DNA of 61,485 nucleotides, the filler included, from Globobulimina sp. (taxonomy: Eukaryota), in assembly GCA_003354225.1 (NCBI GenBank). It is 24 parts of 24 records of this genome, joined end to end, with 100 filler letters (N's around TTAATTAATTAA, not from the genome) between each part and the next. Parts side by side here need not be neighbours in the genome. Positions count along the whole stretch, not along the records: positions 56,458 to 58,921 come from PIVH01006544.1; positions 59,022 to 61,485 come from PIVH01006545.1; 22 more parts are not named here. The stretch is one strand, 5' to 3'. Made by a program: the position numbers and the translations under genes. Numbering within the stretch: position 1 is the stretch's first letter; every line of letters starts with the position of its first letter. Of the stretch, positions 58,538 to 61,485 are shown one piece after another. The notes under the pieces were generated by a model that was not told the DNA's origin, made no database searches, and worked only from the letters and a program-made list of their open reading frames with translations.

Positions 58538-59022
58538 GCAGTTTTTTTGTTATTATTTGTTTGTTTGTTTGTTTGCAATCTATTTTCTGTGCAATCAAAA
58601 ACAGAAAATAGATTTTTATTTTTTTGCCATATTTTTGGCCTCATCTCGTTTATTTTAATTTGTATATTTTATATATTTTCACTCCAAATCGCACTTCTTT
58701 TACGATGACTAGGTCACTGTAGAAAATTCAGTACATTCTTTCACAAAAATAATTCAGCAGTTTAAAAAAGGTGAATGTGTACATGTTTATTTCCACCATA
58801 TGTGGTGGAAAGCGCCCGGTACAAAAAAAATACAATTTATAAATTGTAAAAAAAGCATATAAATCACAAAAAAAAAAATGTATTGAAGTGCAAGAAAAAA
58901 TATGTCGTTCGTCTAGTGCAANNNNNNNNNNNNNNNNNNNNNNNNNNNNNNNNNNNNNNNNNNNNTTAATTAATTAANNNNNNNNNNNNNNNNNNNNNNN
59001 NNNNNNNNNNNNNNNNNNNNNA

Positions 59023-60273
59023 TTAAGAAATAATACAATTTATCCATTAGATATAATTCATTATGATACAGCAATGAAGAAAGCAATGCAATATTTAGAG
59101 ACACGAGTCATAAAAGCGATGGAATCAAACGAAAAAGAGATTATATATCATTATGGAATTAGGAAAGGTTCAAAAATTAAAGTTGTTCATCTGTTGAGTA
59201 TCATATTATACACAGATTACACAGAATTATCGACACATTTTACTGCGAGTTTTAGAGAAATCATCAGAAACGAAAAATTATCATCAATTAAGCAACGAAA
59301 TGCCGAATTTGCAAACTGGGCAAAATTATTGCGAGAAAGTATTGAATTATATGGGAAGAAAATCCATAAAGCAAATGGAATGCCATTGTTTTGTGGAATG
59401 TCACCATTGTTATTGCCGTCATTTCTGATACGATTAAATGGCCCAACATCAACAACTGCTGCACCTCATATTGCAGTCAATTTTGCAAAAGACTCGGGAA
59501 TTATTCTAGAATTACGTGAAGCCAATATATCACAGGGCAGTCGTTTAAAATATTTTAATTCGGAGTTACTTTCGTCGTTTTCAGCAGAAAATGAACGAAC
59601 TTTGATTGGCGGTGCCTTTCCAATCAGAGTGCATAATATCAGACTACGGGTTGATGGCAAATGGAATAATTTTGCCCCATTTTGTCAAAGTTTATTTCAT
59701 TTTGAGATAATGATTAATGGCGCTGAGCCTCGGGGAATGAGATCAGATACAAAATGCGATAATTTTATAATAAATAAATTAATTGAAAGTTTAATGGAAG
59801 ACAAAGATGATAAACAATTTCCAGAATATGCAAATAGATTATTTCCGCATTTTTGCAATGAGAGAAATGTTATTATTTTAAACGTAGATTCGATTAATAA
59901 AATATTTAAAAACATGAAAGCTAATATATTTTATAAAGGAGGAAATATGTTAAATTTAGAAAAGATTACAAGAATATTTCCAAATGTTTGTACATTAAAA
60001 ATAATGGATTATCAATGTGAAACAACAGAGAACAAATTTGATGTATCGCAATTTGTGTTATCTTGTTCGGATATCTTTGATTCAGAAAATAATAAAGTAA
60101 ATAAAATTATTTTGTCTGCGCAAAGAGCAAGAGATCATATTTCAAATCAATATATAGCAAGTTGGCTATATGAAGAATATACAAATATAATTAATATGAA
60201 TGCAACAAAAATAATTATTTCACATCATGTAGCAAATGACTTTGATGTTTTATCAATACGTTTTAATAAATAA
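59023..60273 (+). CDS. Mono-ADP-ribosyltransferase-like (R-S-E type) domain protein, 5'-partial
   Basis: IILYTD, LFCGM (LYRG position), GPTSTT (STS), AVNFA, GIILEL and SSFSAENERTL (ExE). Confidence 0.55.
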   Translation, partial: LRNNTIYPLDIIHYDTAMKKAMQYLETRVIKAMESNEKEIIYHYGIRKGSKIKVVHLLSIILYTDYTELSTHFTASFREIIRNEKLSSIKQRNAEFANWAKLLRESIELYGKKIHKANGMPLFCGMSPLLLPSFLIRLNGPTSTTAAPHIAVNFAKDSGIILELREANISQGSRLKYFNSELLSSFSAENERTLIGGAFPIRVHNIRLRVDGKWNNFAPFCQSLFHFEIMINGAEPRGMRSDTKCDNFIINKLIESLMEDKDDKQFPEYANRLFPHFCNERNVIILNVDSINKIFKNMKANIFYKGGNMLNLEKITRIFPNVCTLKIMDYQCETTENKFDVSQFVLSCSDIFDSENNKVNKIILSAQRARDHISNQYIASWLYEEYTNIINMNATKIIISHHVANDFDVLSIRFNK

Positions 60274-60302
60274 TTTTCTTATTTGTAAGGTGGTGTTGGA
60301 CA

Positions 60303-61484
60303 TCAATACTGTAATAAAGAGACTAGTTCAGCAGCCACACGTGCTGCTACATAGCCAATTGTAAACAACATTATATTCCGTCGAGTGACTAACAAGCCAG
60401 CAAATGAAATATTAATTGGATATTTTGTGCTATAGACAATAAGTGCTGTTAAAATAGATTGACATTGAAATTTATTCTCATCGCCAATAAAACCATTCAT
60501 TTCCATCCATAATAACTCCTGAAATGATTGAAACGTTTCACTTAACAATGCCGCAGATATAATGTATAAAGAAATTTGCGTGAAAATATGAACAACAGAA
60601 CCGAACATCATTAGCGTAACTCCGGTGGTGTCATTATCCGCGGAATAGATTGGATCGATTGAACCTACAAACATATCAATTAACCACTCAGCAATATAGA
60701 ATATCACAGACCATTTCAAATAGAAATTGTAATCTTTTTTAAACGCATTATATATACTTTTATAGTCAACAAATACATGATTGACGTTCATATTATCTCC
60801 CATATTATTCATTAATTGAGATAAAAACCAGTAATATTTGAAACAAATTGTTGACTGAATAATGATTGTAAAAAAAGCGGGAACCTCAGAAAATATAATA
60901 TAAAATGAAAAATCTAGTAAATATATTGTTTGATAGACGGTGTTTGTAACATGATTAAAAATAATGTATCCAATAAATATTAGCATGAATGCTATCATAT
61001 ACATAAATATATACAGTTTAATCATTGATTTGTAATGTTTTACTATACAAATACAGTTTTTGTTGTTATTCGTACATTGTAATTCCGTCGTGTTGCTAGA
61101 AAATGATGCAAGCTTTGTATACCATGGATAATTGAAATGAAAATAATAATAAATCAATGACAAAGCTCGTACCATAGCTATAATGATTTGACCTACGATC
61201 GCAGCAATTGAAAGTGTCAAATCTTGAGAGTTAGTTACATCGCCATAGACATAGTAATAGAATGATGCAACAAACATAACACATAAACAGATAACTGTGA
61301 TTATAATAAATACATTGCAATACTTTGATCGTGGTCTTGTAGATGGCGCAATTTTGACAAATAATGGTAAATACAGCATCCATCTATCCAACCACGCAAA
61401 TTTGGAGGCCAGAAATAACTCGTTATCGAAGCCTTGGATGTGATATCTGATGTCTTCTTTTGATATTGAGCTTGAGATGTTCGA
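60303..61484 (-). CDS. Seven-TM protein resembling gustatory-receptor-like 7TM ion channels, 5'-partial
   Basis: Seven hydrophobic segments with long loops after TM2, TM4 and TM6, and the C-terminal YSTKYPINISFAGLLVTRRNI...LLQY pattern. Confidence 0.6.
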   Translation of the reverse strand, partial: SNISSSISKEDIRYHIQGFDNELFLASKFAWLDRWMLYLPLFVKIAPSTRPRSKYCNVFIIITVICLCVMFVASFYYYVYGDVTNSQDLTLSIAAIVGQIIIAMVRALSLIYYYFHFNYPWYTKLASFSSNTTELQCTNNNKNCICIVKHYKSMIKLYIFMYMIAFMLIFIGYIIFNHVTNTVYQTIYLLDFSFYIIFSEVPAFFTIIIQSTICFKYYWFLSQLMNNMGDNMNVNHVFVDYKSIYNAFKKDYNFYLKWSVIFYIAEWLIDMFVGSIDPIYSADNDTTGVTLMMFGSVVHIFTQISLYIISAALLSETFQSFQELLWMEMNGFIGDENKFQCQSILTALIVYSTKYPINISFAGLLVTRRNIMLFTIGYVAARVAAELVSLLQY

Positions 61485-61485
61485 T

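Noticed and set aside
58790..58811. Hairpin TTTCCACCA-TATG-TGGTGGAAA as a Helitron 3' end or terminator
   Set aside because: No CTRR at the expected distance, and a single 9-bp stem is weak evidence.
2469..59021. Regularly spaced TTAATTAATTAA motif resembling a repeat array or CRISPR
   Set aside because: It is an artificial linker flanked by N-runs, with about 2.5-kb contigs between copies.
4141..60273. PARP, ART-like gene, RecQ, Arb2 and retroelement read together as a defence island
   Set aside because: They lie on different, arbitrarily concatenated contigs, so there is no linkage evidence.

Overview
This window is not one locus. It is 24 unrelated contigs of about 2.46-2.47 kb, sorted by length and joined by 100-nt artificial linkers (N-run + TTAATTAATTAA + N-run), so adjacency across linkers has no biological meaning. 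The DNA is AT-rich, gene-dense and eukaryotic: short GT-AG introns of mostly 46-76 nt and, apparently, the standard genetic code. The gene content fits a protist; Rhizaria/foraminifera is my impression and is unverified. Recognisable genes: RecQ (RECQ5-like) helicase, PARP catalytic region, WDR74/NSA1, ASNSD1, BPI/LBP-like protein, spinster-like MFS, NRF-6-like acyltransferase, STELLO, ArfGAP-PH, sulfotransferase, DnaJ, FAM172/Arb2, glycosylasparaginase, C-type lectin, EEP hydrolase, SLC1 transporter, SAM-TRP channel and an FtsX-type permease. Mobile DNA includes a Penelope-like RT/GIY-YIG retroelement with unusual insertions, a 225-bp MITE with a TTCAA target duplication, a 161-bp intronic foldback, a dispersed 109-bp repeat, and a ~700-bp inverted-repeat-bounded unit carrying an orphan ORF and a perfect 51-bp palindrome. 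Other highlights are a gustatory-receptor-like 7TM channel candidate, a divergent ADP-ribosyltransferase-like protein, and a bacterial-looking fragment fused to a contig end. I saw no rRNA, tRNA or CRISPR array. All family calls rest on motif recognition by eye, not on database searches.
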